Of a stretch of DNA of 64,000 nucleotides, positions 10,256-21,759 are shown piece by piece (within the stretch, counting starts at the first letter, position 1; each line of letters starts with the position of its first letter). This DNA is from an uncultured Nitrospiraceae bacterium (lineage in GTDB: Bacteria > Nitrospirota > Nitrospiria > Nitrospirales > Nitrospiraceae). The translations under genes were made by a program, and so were the position numbers. The stretch spans positions 960,001 through 1,024,000 of the forward strand of contig CAVPLT010000004.1 in the NCBI GenBank assembly GCA_963706325.1. Direction: 5' to 3'. The notes under the pieces were generated by a model, which saw nothing but the letters and a program-made list of their open reading frames with translations, searched no databases and was not told where the DNA came from.

Positions 10256-12325
10256 TCAGCTGCCTGTGCCGGGTACAAGCAGCATTCCGGTCTCGAGGGC
10301 CGGGGCGGGCGGAAGTCCGGTGACTTCGAGGATTTCCTCCTCATTCAGCGTTTCCCGCGACAGGAGGGCGTCGGCGAGCGCATCCAGTTGTTTGCGGTGC
10401 ACGATCAGGAGACGCTTGGCCTCGTCATGGCTCTCGCCGATGATCTTGCGCACTTCCGAGTCGATCGCTTCGGCGGTCTGCTCGCTGAACGGCCTCGTGC
10501 CTGCGAAACCACCCGCGCCGCTGAGGTACGGGTTATCGCGCGGAGCAAGTTGCACCAGCCCTAACCGCTCACTCATGCCCCAACGAGTGACCATTCCGCG
10601 GGCGAGGCCGGTGGCCTGCTCAATGTCGTTTTCCGCGCCGGTGGTCTTGGTGCCATAGACGACCTCCTCGGCCGCGCGGCCTCCCAGCATCCCGACGATT
10701 CTTGCGCGGAGATAGGCTTCCGGGTAGTTGTAACGGTCGCTGTTGGGCCGCTGATACGTGACGCCGAGGGCCTGCCCGCGGGGCACGATCGTCACCCGGT
10801 TCACCGGGTCGGCTCCGGGAACCACGAGGCCGAGAATGGCATGTCCACCTTCGTGGTACGCGATGCGCTCCCGGTCGGCTCGGGTCATGAGGAGAGGGCG
10901 TTCGGGGCCGAGTACGATCTTTTCCAGGGCGTCAAGAAAATCTTTGTGACGGACCTCGTTCTGCTCGCGGCGGGCCCCTAGCAGCGCCGCCTCATTGACC
11001 AAATTTTTCAGGTCGGCTCCTGAAAGCCCCGGTGTGACGGCGGCAAGGTCTCCTAAGATGGCATCGTTTGCGAGCGGCACCTTGCGGGTGTGGACCTTGA
11101 GAATGGCTTCTCTTCCGGTCTTGTCCGGAAGGTTCACCACGACGCGGCGGTCGAATCGTCCGGGTCTGAGCAGTGCTTTGTCGAGCACCTCCGGTTGGTT
11201 GGTCGCTGCCAGAACAATGATGCCCTCTCGGCTTGAGAAGCCGTCCATCTCCGTCAGGATCTGGTTCAAAGTCTGTTCCTGCTCGCTCGATCCCCCAATG
11301 GCCATCTGTCCGCGCGCGCGGCCGATGGCGTCGAGCTCGTCGATGAACACGATCGCCGGGGCATGCTCGCGCGCCTCCTTGAAAAGGTCCCGCACCCTCG
11401 CTGCGCCCACGCCCACGATCATTTCCACGAATTCTGCGGCGCTCATCGAGAAAAACGGTACGCCTGCCTCTCCCGCCACTGCCTTCGCCAGTAGGGTCTT
11501 TCCGGTACCGGGCGCGCCTACTAGCAGCACGCCTTTCGGCGCGGTCCCGCCGAGGCGGGTGTACTTCTTGGTATCCCTGAGAAAGTCCACGATCTCAACC
11601 AGTTCGTTTTCGGCTTCGTCGATGCCGGCGACGTCATCGAAGGTCACCTTCGAATCTTTCTCCTGATCATAGCGGCGAGCGGTGCTCTTGCCGATGCCCA
11701 TCAGGCCGCCTCCCATGCCGCCGCCCTGAGCTGCCCGTCGAAACATCCAGATATAGAAACCGATGAAAAACAGGGCGGGGCCGAAGCTGAAGAACAGCGT
11801 GGCCCAAGGGTTGCCCCCATCCTGAATCGGTTCGGCGCTGATCTCCACGTGATTATCGATGAGAAACTTTTCCAGACCTGGGTCTGCGAAGGAGGGCAGC
11901 GTGGTTTCAAAGGTGGTGGCTGTCTTCGAAGGAACGCCGCGAGGCGCCGCGCCGCGCGTGCCTGACGACTGTGAATCCTTGCCGGACGACGAATGCTGAC
12001 CGCCTGCGGGCGGGTAGGTGACCGGTGACGCGAATCTCCCTGTGATGGTATCGGCCCGACCGTATATGGCCTCGACGTTGCCTTTTCTGACCTCTTCCTT
12101 AAATACCGTATAGGGTACCGTCACCGGTGTTTCGCCCGGCATGAGCATCTTCACGAAGAAAAAATTCGTGAGCAGGATCACCATGAACCAGAGCCATGTT
12201 TTACCCGGCGGCATTTTCATTTGTTCGATGCCTTTCCGGATTCCGGGCTTGCTGGTGGGCGTCGGAATGCGCCGATCCGGTTTCGTGTCACCGCTGCGTC
12301 GAGTTTCCTGTCCGGTCGCGCTCAT
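10256..12325 (-). CDS. ftsH: ATP-dependent zinc metalloprotease FtsH
   Basis: Two TM segments, GAPGTGKT Walker A, FIDELD Walker [15 protein letters not shown] zinc motif; start codon uncertain. Confidence 0.93.
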   Translation of the reverse strand: MSATGQETRRSGDTKPDRRIPTPTSKPGIRKGIEQMKMPPGKTWLWFMVILLTNFFFVKMLMPGETPVTVPYTVFKEEVRKGNVEAIYGRADTITGRFASPVTYPPAGGQHSSSGKDSQSSGTRGAAPRGVPSKTATTFETTLPSFADPGLEKFLIDNHVEISAEPIQDGGNPWATLFFSFGPALFFIGFYIWMFRRAAQGGGMGGGLMGIGKSTARRYDQEKDSKVTFDDVAGIDEAENELVEIVDFLRDTKKYTRLGGTAPKGVLLVGAPGTGKTLLAKAVAGEAGVPFFSMSAAEFVEMIVGVGAARVRDLFKEAREHAPAIVFIDELDAIGRARGQMAIGGSSEQEQTLNQILTEMDGFSSREGIIVLAATNQPEVLDKALLRPGRFDRRVVVNLPDKTGREAILKVHTRKVPLANDAILGDLAAVTPGLSGADLKNLVNEAALLGARREQNEVRHKDFLDALEKIVLGPERPLLMTRADRERIAYHEGGHAILGLVVPGADPVNRVTIVPRGQALGVTYQRPNSDRYNYPEAYLRARIVGMLGGRAAEEVVYGTKTTGAENDIEQATGLARGMVTRWGMSERLGLVQLAPRDNPYLSGAGGFAGTRPFSEQTAEAIDSEVRKIIGESHDEAKRLLIVHRKQLDALADALLSRETLNEEEILEVTGLPPAPALETGMLLVPGTGS

Positions 12326-12525
12326 GATCAATCTCCCCGGGCCCCTGGTGAATGTCAGGTGGAAATCCACCAAGTGATAGTCGACAGTACCATCTAGATA
12401 CGCTCAGAACAAGTTCACCAACTTTCCGGCAGTGTGCGGGGATGCGTATGCTGTCACATCTACGGTGGAAGTGTTGTACGAGGGAGGTTCGTAACGTATG
12501 CTGAATTGGCGTAGAGCAGTCAAAC

Positions 12526-13698
12526 ATGCGGAGGATTGGGATGGCCGCAGAAGATGGAAGGAACCGAGACTTTACACGGAAAGACGCGGGTCTGACGTCA
12601 TTCGCGCATGGGACATGTTTAAGGCTGAAACGTGAAGGCAATCGGAAGCATATTTGTCAGGCATTAGTCGTGTTGCTGTGCGCGGCGTTGTTCCTGAGTC
12701 TCTCAATGGGATGTGGGCAGGTGGCCGCGCCCTTGCTAGAAGGCAAGACGCACATCTTGAAGGAGGGGTTCCGGAACACCGACCCGGCTTTTGCCCCGCC
12801 TAGTCTTTGGGAGCGTCTCATGTTCGTTCCTGCGCGAACATGGGAAACGACCTTTCACACACGCACCGCTAACCTGCCGTTTGTCGAAAACGACGGCGGC
12901 GCGCTCAGGAACAATCGAACGGAGGCCACTGTCACCTGGGTGGGCCATTCCACCTTGCTCATTCAGCTCGATGGCGTCACGATGCTGACTGATCCTCAAT
13001 GGTCGGAACGGGCGAGCCCCGTCACGTTTGCCGGTCCGAAGCGGCTGATGCCGCCGGGCCTGCCGTTCGAACAACTGCCGAGGGTGGATCTCGTCCTCAT
13101 TTCGCACGATCACTATGACCATCTCGATGTGGAGACAGTGCAGCGGCTGGCGCGCAAGCATCACCCGCTGTTTCTCGTGCCGCTAGGGTTGAAGGCCTGG
13201 TTTGCGGACATCGGTATTACGGACGTGGAGGAAATGGATTGGTGGGAAAGCCGGCAGGTCCGGGGCCTGACCGTGACCTGTCTTCCCGCGCAGCACTTTT
13301 CGGGACGCACCCTGTGGGATGGGAATCGACGATTGTGGAGCACATGGGCCGTAGCAGGGGGCACGAAGCGGTTCTTCTTCGCGGGAGACACCGGTTATTA
13401 TTCTGTCTTCAAAGAAATTGGGACCCGCCTGGGCCCGTTCGATCTGGCGGCTGTTCCAATCGGAGCCTATGTTCCCGCTTCCATGATGAAGATGACCCAT
13501 ATCACGCCTGAACAAGCCTTGCAGATTTTTTCCGATGTCCATGCGCAGCATTTTGTCGCCATGCATTGGGGCACATTCGACATGACGAGCGAGCCGATCG
13601 AGGAACCGCCTGTCCGTCTGAAAGCAGAGGCCGATCGCCTGGGGCTGGATCCTTCCAAGGTCTGGGTATTGAAACATGGTGAGAGCCGCGGATGGTGA
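12526..13698 (+). CDS. MBL-fold metallo-hydrolase (NAPE-PLD/RomA-like)
   Basis: WVGHST, TDPQWS, SHDHYDHLD, PAQHFSGR, AGDTGY, MHWGTF; true start uncertain. Confidence 0.85.
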   Translation: MRRIGMAAEDGRNRDFTRKDAGLTSFAHGTCLRLKREGNRKHICQALVVLLCAALFLSLSMGCGQVAAPLLEGKTHILKEGFRNTDPAFAPPSLWERLMFVPARTWETTFHTRTANLPFVENDGGALRNNRTEATVTWVGHSTLLIQLDGVTMLTDPQWSERASPVTFAGPKRLMPPGLPFEQLPRVDLVLISHDHYDHLDVETVQRLARKHHPLFLVPLGLKAWFADIGITDVEEMDWWESRQVRGLTVTCLPAQHFSGRTLWDGNRRLWSTWAVAGGTKRFFFAGDTGYYSVFKEIGTRLGPFDLAAVPIGAYVPASMMKMTHITPEQALQIFSDVHAQHFVAMHWGTFDMTSEPIEEPPVRLKAEADRLGLDPSKVWVLKHGESRGW

Positions 13699-13932
13699 TG
13701 AATCAATGAATGAAGAGTTCCTGATTCACAGCTGGTGACGTGACAGGTGCCCGTCCTCTGGCTACAGGATGAGCATGACGGGCGCCTGGTAACAGCCGGA
13801 CAGGCCCTTGCTCTGACAGTAAAGGGCGATCACAATCAAACTGAAACGTGTCTTTTACAATATGGTGACGGTACGCCTCTCAGAAACCGTCTTTGAGCGC
13901 GCCGTCATCACTCACACAACAAGGAGGATTTC

Positions 13933-14304
13933 ATGGCGACAACCCAAGCGATCAGTGATCCGGCCAAGGCGAGAGAGTTCTTCGAGGCCAAGATGGCATT
14001 TACGACCGGTCCCGTTGAACTGGAACGGATGATGAAGAACAACGAGGTCAACGTGGTCGATGTGCGGGCGGCCGAGGATTTTTCCGAAGGCCACATTCCG
14101 GGGGCCATCAATCTGCCGAAGGATCAGTGGCATGCGCTCAAAGGTCTGCGGAAGGATAAAACAAACGTCCTCTACTGCTATTCGCAGGTATGCCATCTCG
14201 CCGCCAGTGCCGCCTTGGAATTCGCCGCCAAAGGTTATCCTGTCATGGAGTTGGAAGGCGGCTGGCGCTGGTGGAAGGACGACGGCTTCCAGATCCAAAA
14301 ATGA
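13933..14304 (+). CDS. Single-domain rhodanese-like protein
   Basis: VVDVR, GHIPGA, LYCY active-site Cys, LEGGW; strong RBS aaggagg. Confidence 0.85.
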   Translation: MATTQAISDPAKAREFFEAKMAFTTGPVELERMMKNNEVNVVDVRAAEDFSEGHIPGAINLPKDQWHALKGLRKDKTNVLYCYSQVCHLAASAALEFAAKGYPVMELEGGWRWWKDDGFQIQK

Positions 14305-14356
14305 AATTACCGGCGGCGGTTTCCGCAGTACAAGAACCTTGTGAAAGGATGTCTGT

Positions 14357-15625
14357 ATGGATGAGGACGCCAGGAAGGTAAACCGACGCAAATTTTTTCG
14401 ACAAAGCGCGTCTTTCATGGCATTGGGAGCCGCCGGCCTTGTGCTGCCTTCCGTGAATGCCGGAGAACCGAAGCCCCCGGATGATCCCATGCGCGTACCG
14501 GGGGTATTACCTCGGCCCTATGGCGATCGATCGCCCTTTGAGACGCCGCAGCGTCTGGGCGGGGCGGGTCCGGGGGCGCCTCATGGCTGGGGCGCCAATG
14601 CTCCGAATAACTTCAACTCGCTGACACCGCTTCAAGATCTCTCCGGCATCATTACGCCTTCCTCTCTGCACTTCGAGCGGCACCATAACGGTGTTCCCGC
14701 CATTGATCCGGCCCGCCATCGTTTGCTGATTCATGGGTTGGTGGACAAGCCGCTGAACTTTACCGTCGAGGATCTGAAACGTTTGCCTGCCGTCTCGCGA
14801 CTCGCATTCCTGGAATGTTCCGGCAACACCTGGGATGGGTGGCGAGAGGCGCAGGACGTGACCGTCCAGGACACGCACGGGTTGACCAGCACCAGCGAGT
14901 GGACCGGCGTCAAACTGTCGACCCTTTTGGATGCGACCGGCATGCGCCGTGACGCCACATGGATGTTGGCGGAAGGCAGCGATGCGGCCGGTCTAGACCG
15001 CAGCGTTCCTCTCACTGATGATGTCCTGCAGGAGGCCATGATTTGCTACGGCCAGAACGGCGAATCGCTGCGGCCCGAGCAGGGATATCCGTTGAGGCTT
15101 TTCCTGCCTGGGTTCGAAGGCAACATCAATGTGAAATGGCTCCGCCGGCTGAAACTGGGAACCGCGCCGTTCATGACGCGCTGGGAGACCGCTAAGTATA
15201 CGGAGCTGATGCCGGATGGGAAGGCCTATCAATTCACGCTGGTCATGGAAGCCAAGTCGGTCATCACCTATCCATCGGGCCGGCAAACGATCCACCCCGG
15301 CTTCCACGAAATCAGCGGCCTGGCATGGAGCGGGCGAGGACGAGTGGCGAAAGTCGACATCACAGTGGATGGCGGACGGACGTGGCAGAGCGCTCACCTT
15401 CAGGAGCCGGTGCTCCCGAAATGTCACACCCGATTCCGATTACCCTGGCGATGGAACGGCCAAGAGGCGACTCTGCAAAGTCGATGCATCGATGAGACGG
15501 GGTATGTCCAACCATCACGACAAGACCTCGTGAAGGTGCGAGGAACCAATTCGATCTATCACTACAATGCGATTCAAAGCTGGAGGGTGGAACGCGATGG
15601 ACGGGTACAAAACACCTATGCCTAG
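14357..15625 (+). CDS. soxC: SoxC-like molybdopterin sulfite/sulfane dehydrogenase subunit
   Basis: Tat motif NRRKFF; TPLQDLSGIITPSSLHFERHH, LECSGN (Mo-ligating Cys), LRPEQGYPLRL, GLAWSG. Confidence 0.88.
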   Translation: MDEDARKVNRRKFFRQSASFMALGAAGLVLPSVNAGEPKPPDDPMRVPGVLPRPYGDRSPFETPQRLGGAGPGAPHGWGANAPNNFNSLTPLQDLSGIITPSSLHFERHHNGVPAIDPARHRLLIHGLVDKPLNFTVEDLKRLPAVSRLAFLECSGNTWDGWREAQDVTVQDTHGLTSTSEWTGVKLSTLLDATGMRRDATWMLAEGSDAAGLDRSVPLTDDVLQEAMICYGQNGESLRPEQGYPLRLFLPGFEGNINVKWLRRLKLGTAPFMTRWETAKYTELMPDGKAYQFTLVMEAKSVITYPSGRQTIHPGFHEISGLAWSGRGRVAKVDITVDGGRTWQSAHLQEPVLPKCHTRFRLPWRWNGQEATLQSRCIDETGYVQPSRQDLVKVRGTNSIYHYNAIQSWRVERDGRVQNTYA

Positions 15626-16322
15626 CAGGCTGCTGGTAAAGTCCGCCAGCTTTCTAAAGACGTTAAGGCTCATGCCCAGGCTGAGATCGCAGAAGTCTGC
15701 AGCGCTCAACCTCAACCTCAGCCTGCTTCGCTTGCGCCGGCGGCCAGATCTAGCTGTGTCACTCGGTGCCCGCACATCTCTCATGATGCTCAGCATTGGA
15801 TTGACGGCCATGGCCCTCGTTTGGGTCCTGCCAGGATGGGCGGTTGATGATGAGACTGGCGCGTATGGCATAGGGAGCCCGGCGACTGAAGCAGACATCA
15901 AAGCCTGGAACATCGATGTATCTTCGACAGGAGAAGGACTTCCTCCGGGGCAGGGGACGGTGAAGCAGGGTTTCCGGTTGTTCGTTGCCAAATGCGCGGC
16001 CTGCCATGGCCCTACCGGCACGGAGGGTCCCAAGGATCGATTAGTCGGGGGCCGAGATACGTTGACGACGGCGAAGCCTGTCCGGACCATCGGCAGTTAC
16101 TGGCCCTATGCCACGACCCTGTATGACTACATCCATCGGGCCATGCCGTTTGATGCGCCGCAGTCTCTCAGCTCGGATGAAACCTATTCCGTGATCGCCT
16201 GGCTCTTATTCCAGAATCAGATCATCGCGGAAGATGCCGTGATCGACGCGCAGACGCTGCCGAAGGTACAGATGCCGAACCGGAACGGCTTCATCGAGGA
16301 CCCGCGACCTGATGTGCGTTAG
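15618..16322 (+). CDS. soxD: SoxD-like monohaem cytochrome c
   Basis: YGIGSPAT..IKAWNIDV, GLPPGQGTV, CAACH, TIGSYWPYATTLYDYIHRAMP. Start at 15618 (overlapping soxC) or at 15783. Confidence 0.8.
   Translation: MPSRLLVKSASFLKTLRLMPRLRSQKSAALNLNLSLLRLRRRPDLAVSLGARTSLMMLSIGLTAMALVWVLPGWAVDDETGAYGIGSPATEADIKAWNIDVSSTGEGLPPGQGTVKQGFRLFVAKCAACHGPTGTEGPKDRLVGGRDTLTTAKPVRTIGSYWPYATTLYDYIHRAMPFDAPQSLSSDETYSVIAWLLFQNQIIAEDAVIDAQTLPKVQMPNRNGFIEDPRPDVR
15625..15775 (-). repeat. Degenerate copy of an interspersed MITE/REP-like element
   Basis: gcaggctgctggtaaagtccgccagc resembles the reverse complement of the right end of the 32205 copy (gctggcggaccttttcaccaccccgc); right boundary approximate. Confidence 0.55.
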
Positions 16323-16350
16323 CCGTTCATCGACGGCGCGTGGAGGAGCG

Positions 16351-17101
16351 ATGCCTGGTACGACGATGTGGGTGAGCCGTGCGGCGCTGTTGCTTGTCCT
16401 CAGTTCCGCCGCCGCTGCTCTCCTCGCGGGATTCGGCAGCCGGGCGGGGTGGTGGCATTTTCGAATCGGCTTTCAGATCTTGACCTGGGCCGCGTATGGG
16501 GGTTTGGCCGGCGCCGTCTTCGGCTTGCTGGGTGGTCTCGCCGCATTGTGGCGGGGTCCGCTACGCGGCGCATGGATCTGCGTTCATGGCTCTGGGCATC
16601 GGCCTCGTAGTCGTCGGGATACCCTGGCAGATGAAACGGACGGCGCAACAGGTGCCGCCCATTCACGACATCACGACCGATACCGACAATCCTCCGCGCT
16701 TCGTCGCCGTTCTGCCTCTGAGAAAAGATGCCCCGAACTCGCCCGACTACGGCGGTCCCGACCTCGCCGCCCAGCAACGCGCGGCCTATCCCGACCTTCA
16801 ACCGGTTATCGTGCCCGTTCCTCGTCACCAAGCGTTCGCTCAAGGGCTCAAGGCTGCCGAGGCCATGGGGTGGGAGATCGTTGCGGCGAATGCGGAGGAA
16901 GGCCGGATCGAAGCCACCGATACGACGCTCTGGTTCGGCTTCAAGGACGATGTCGTCGTTCGAATCCAGGCACGAGACGACGAAAGCTTGCTCGATGTGC
17001 GCTCAGTGTCTCGAGTCGGCAAAAGCGACGTCGGGACGAATGCCCAACGAATCAGAGCCTACCTGCGGAAGTTCAATGGACTTGGGCCGTCATCAAATTG
17101 A
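16351..17101 (+). CDS. DUF1499 domain membrane protein (one frameshift near 16575)
   Basis: N-terminal TM helices in one frame; PPIHDITTD, IEATDTTLWFGFKDDVVVRI, DVRSVSRVGKSDVGTNAQRI in the next. Confidence 0.8.
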
Positions 17102-17565
17102 ATCGACAAACAAGCGACGAAAGGTTTGGAAAGGCAGGGTCTTAGGCGCTCAGTAATTATCCACGGTCTGAGCGTCATTCAATGGCATGACGCTCTCGCG
17201 ACATTGCACGGCCTCACACGGTTGTCTGCGATGATCCGAGAAACGCAGGGTGCTCAACGAGCGGAATCACATGATCTGCAATGAGGAAGCAGATCTCGTG
17301 CTGCTTCCGCACGCCTGAAGAAGAAAGTTGTTCTCCTAGACCCCTCTCGGAACTCAAATTGGAAGCATTGAAGAGGGTGAGAGCAGGCGAACGGGCTACT
17401 TACAAAATGCTAGGGGCATCCCTAGGTTCTCCATGGCTTTTCCGATACTACACTGCGATCCGTCCTCACAGAAGGCTGCGGATTGGAACGATAGGTGTTC
17501 TCCGAAGCCTCACGGGGAAATGAGGATGACCCGGCAGCAGGAGCAAATTGAGAGGGTACCACGTG

Positions 17566-18175
17566 ATGATCAGGTCTCTGCGAAGTTGGGCGCTGGCCAT
17601 GTGCTTCGTCTTGCCGGCGGCCGTTGCCGACGCGGAGATGGCTCGATACGACATTGATCCGGAACACACGACGATCGGATTCAGCGCAGTCCATATGCTT
17701 GTCTCGCATGTGCAGGGCCAGTTCATGGTGTTTTCGGGATTTATTGAGATGGATCCCGAGGCCAATGTCGCCAACACCATGGAGGCCGCCAGTAAGACCT
17801 GGTCGATCAACATTAACCATCACCAACGCGACGCTCACTTGCGCAGTCCGGACTTCTTTGACGTCGATACGTACCCGACCATGACCTACAAGCTGAAGAG
17901 TTACCGAAAGACGGGTGATGGCTACAGGGCAATAGGCGACCTGACGCCACACGGGGTCACGAAAGAAATCACGCTGGTCGGGAATCTGATCGGCGTCACG
18001 AAAGATCCTATGGGGAACATTCGTGCCGGTTTCATGGCGGAGGGAAAGATCAATCGCCGGGACTTCAATGTCCAACTTCAGCGGTGCCCTGGATAACGGC
18101 GGGATGATCGTGGGCGACGAGGTCACGATCAAGATCAACGCCGAATGTATCAAGGCCAAGAGCGCTTCGCGCTAA
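17566..18175 (+). CDS. YceI-family periplasmic protein (frameshift near 18075)
   Basis: Signal peptide, IDPEHTTIGFSAVHM, RDAHLRSPDFFDV, HGVTKEI; C-terminus LDNGGMIVGDEVTIKINAE lies in another frame. Confidence 0.8.
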
Positions 18176-18319
18176 TTACACCAAGCCCGTGAGCTGCGGC
18201 TTCACGACGAATTGGCATAGGCGCTAGGGCAGGAGGCTCGCGCCGGTAGGCCCGAACCGGGTTCATTGCAATGTCCTACGGATTTATCCCACGAAGCGGG
18301 AAGACAGGCATGATGCACG

Positions 18320-21176
18320 ATGGCTGAACCCGACCTCGTTGACAAATCCCTCGTGACGGCCTGGGCGCGCTGGTCGATGGTATGGCTCACTCTGTTTCCC
18401 CTGGTCGGCATCCTCGTCTCGATCCAATTCCACAACCCTGAGTTTCTGGGAGGCATCTCCTGGTTCACCTTCGGCCGACTGCGCGCCGTGCACTTGGAGG
18501 GAGTCCTTTTCGGGTCGTTCACCACCGCCTTCATCGCGCTCCTCTACTATTTTGCTCCCCGACTGTGCGGGACACCGCTGTACAAAGCCGAATGGGGCTG
18601 GTGGCTGCTGTGGCTCTGGAACGGATTTCTGATCCTGGGCTCGCTCACGCTTTTCATGGGCTATACGAGCGGCGTGGAATACGCGGAGTTCGCGTGGCCG
18701 ATCAACATCATGCGGTATGTAGTCGTGGGGGGCATCGCCGTACAGGTCGTCGGAACGATCATGCGACGGCGAGCGGCGCGTTTTTATGTGTCGCTGTGGT
18801 ATGCATTGGCCGCATCGGTGTGGACATTGTTAAATTTGCCGTTGGGCGGATTCATGCTGCCCTATGGACCGCTCGACGGCGTCAACAGCGCTGCCGTGCA
18901 TGGCTTGTACATGCATAACCTGGTCGGGCTCTGGATCACGCCGGCCGGACTGGCCACCATTTATTATTTTCTTCCGTTGAGCGCCAAGAATGCGCTCTAC
19001 AGTCATAAGCTCTCCATTCTCGGATTCTGGACGCTGGCCCTCTTCTATCCGTTCAACGGCACACACCATTACCTCTATAGTCCCATTCCGCACTGGGCGC
19101 AGACCGTCGCGGTCGTGCATAGCATATGGATGATCATTCCGGTCGTCACGGTCATCATTAATTTCTTCGGCACCATGATGGGACGCTGGGGAACGGTGCT
19201 GGGCGGAGGCGGGGCCGACAACTACGCGGCGAAATTCCTCATGATCGGGGTCGTCTACTATTTCCTCGGCAGCGTGCAAGGTTCCATCGAACCATTGCAT
19301 CGATTTCAGCAATTGACCCATTTCAACGATTTCGTCGTCGGCCATGCGCATCTGACGGTCTTCGGCGCCATGATCATGTGGATGGTCGGCGGGTTGTATT
19401 ACGTCTGGCCGAGACTGAGCGGGAGGAAGCTGGAGCGACCGGCTCGCCAGCTGGCATCTGTGGCTCACCGTCACCGGGTTCACGAGCATGGTGCTGGGAC
19501 TGACGATACAAGGATTCATTCAAGGCGCCATGTTGGAAAACGGCGCTGATTTCGTGGATTCCGTGAAGGAGATGGTGCCCTGGTGGGTCGTGCGAACGAT
19601 TGTCGGCACGATCATGGACGTCGCGTTGGGCTTGATGGCGTTCAATCTGTATAAGACGGCACGGCAGGGCGAGAAAATCTCGTACGAAGATCGCGAACCC
19701 CTGGCCCCGGCTCGACCGCCGGTTGTCGCAACGCCCAACAACAATTGGCTGGAAAATCCTTCCACCATTGTCATCGTGGCCGGGATCGGGTTTTTTGTGG
19801 TGGCCGTGTTCCTCTTGGGTGCGGTGCCATGGCTGCAAGCCTCGACGCATTCGACCTCGGTCACGGACGTGGTGACGGGTTTGCCCATCAATGTAAGACC
19901 CTATTCGCCCGTGGAAGAACGCGGCCGGCAGGTGTACCTTCGGGACGGGTGCTGGCAATGCCACTCCCAATACATCCGTCCCGTCACGGGGGAGACCGCC
20001 CGGTGGGGTCCAGTCTCTCAAACTGGAGAATACGCCTATGATCGGCCCCATATGTTCAGCACGCGGCGGATCGGCCCGGATCTGACCCGTGTCGGGAGAA
20101 AGTACGGCGACGATTGGCATGTCGCGCATCTGTGGAATCCGCAGGAGGTCGTCCCGGACAGCATGATGCCGCGGTTTCCATGGCTGTTCGAGGAGCCTCA
20201 AGGCCAAGATCCGTCCGTATTGTCCGAGGACGGCAAGGCCCTGGTGGCCTATCTTCAACGGTTGGGAACGACCATCGGCGATTGGCGCGAACGCTATTGG
20301 GGAACGGGTGGCCCGGCAATAGCATCCTCTGCGGGGGTGTCCTCGCGGATGACTCAGGAGGTTGTGGCATTCGGCAAGCAAGTCTATGAGCGACGCTGTG
20401 CCGGGTGTCATGGCATCAAGGGAGACGGCCAGGGGCCGGCGTCCCGATTCTTAACCCCCAAGGCCCGGGATTTCACCGCCGGCACATTCAAGTTCAAATC
20501 GACCGTCTCCAAGGACTCGCTGCCGACGGACGAGGACCTCTACGTGGTGGTCACTCACGGGCTGTGGGGCACGTCCATGCCTTCGTGGGTCGGAATCTCA
20601 GATCGCGAGCGATGGGCCGTCGTCCTCTACATCAAGACGTTCTCGGACCGGTGGCAGAAGGAAGCGCCGGGCAGATCGATTGTCATCCCTCCCGAGCCGG
20701 CTCCCACACCGATATCCATTGAAAAAGGGAAGGCCCTGTTCGAGACGAATTGCGTGCTCTGCCATGGCGCGGAAGGCAAAGGCGACGGGATGCTTGCGGA
20801 GGCCATGCAGGATGATTGGGGAGAAGCGGTCAAACCCGCGCATCTTTCCCTGCCCGCCGGCGCGCCCGGCGGAGTCAAGCTGGGCCATGCCGGTCGTCGG
20901 CTATTCCAAACCATTGCGGCCGGGATCGGAGGAACGCAAATGCCCGCATTCGACTCGCTACCTGCGGAGGATGTCTGGGACATGGTTCATTATGTCCAAT
21001 CATTGCGGGTGGCTGCTCATGAGGTTGAACTGACCGAGGCCGGGCTTCCCATCGAGGACCGGCAGACGGCCCGAGAACGCATCTGGGCCTCTCTGTCCCG
21101 GCAAATGGACGAAAATATGCCTGTAATAGCAGACACGTCATCCGCTTCAACTCAGTCGGGCGTCTCTAGGAAGTGA
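18320..21176 (+). CDS. ccoN: cbb3-type (C-family) haem-copper oxidase subunit I apparently fused to CcoO and two further haem c domains; one frameshift near 19432
   Basis: RLRAVH, YMHNLVG, FYPFNGTHH and GHAH supply six His plus the helix-VII Tyr. After the shift, WHLWL..IQGFIQG (end of CcoN) runs without a stop into GRQVYLRDGCWQCHSQYIRP, RRIGPDL and SMMP (CcoO), then CAGCH and CVLCH. Confidence 0.8.
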
Positions 21177-21184
21177 GGCGAGAA

Positions 21185-21358
21185 ATGTCTGAAGATTCGA
21201 CGCAGAAAAAAGTTCCCAAGGAGCCTGCCACCTATGTGTATGAACCCGCGGGAATTATAGAACGTAGCGGACATGTTCCTGTCTGGCTGAAGATTATTGT
21301 CATTGGCGTGATGTTATGGGGCATATCCTACGCGATCCGTTTTTGGAATCCGGAATGA
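21185..21358 (+). CDS. Small single-TM protein resembling the CcoP/FixP N-terminal anchor
   Basis: GIIERSGHVPVWLK..VMLWGISY resembles the FixP_N pattern GI.E....P.W; directly follows the oxidase gene. Confidence 0.6.
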   Translation: MSEDSTQKKVPKEPATYVYEPAGIIERSGHVPVWLKIIVIGVMLWGISYAIRFWNPE

Positions 21359-21393
21359 GCAGGCCGCTAGGCCATTACCGAGAGGAGGAGGGA

Positions 21394-21759
21394 ATGATGC
21401 GTACGGCATATCGATCGATGGTCGTCTTAGGGGTGGTCGTCCTGGGTTGGGGATCGTCTTCGATGATCTATCACGCCGGAGCCGCCGGAGGAGATGCCGG
21501 CAAAGGAAAGGCGATCTTCCAGGCCAAGTGCGTGACCTGTCATGGCGCGGAGGGCAAAGGGGACGGGCCTTTAGGAAAAGCGCTGAAGCCGCCGGCAGGC
21601 GATTTCACCAGCGCTGAAAGTAAGAAAAAGTCCGCCGACGAATTGCGAAACATCATCGAGAACGGTGTGCCAAAAACTTCCATGGTGGCATGGAAGAAGC
21701 AGCTCAACGAGACGGAACTCCAGGACGTGCTGGCCCATGTGCTGACACTTCGGAAGTGA
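21394..21759 (+). CDS. Periplasmic class I cytochrome c
   Basis: Signal peptide, CVTCH, distal Met in TSMVAW; RBS gaggagg. Confidence 0.88.
   Translation: MMRTAYRSMVVLGVVVLGWGSSSMIYHAGAAGGDAGKGKAIFQAKCVTCHGAEGKGDGPLGKALKPPAGDFTSAESKKKSADELRNIIENGVPKTSMVAWKKQLNETELQDVLAHVLTLRK

Noticed and set aside
13744..13920. Moco riboswitch upstream of the molybdoenzyme
   Set aside because: No recognisable Moco RNA consensus; kept only as generic hairpins
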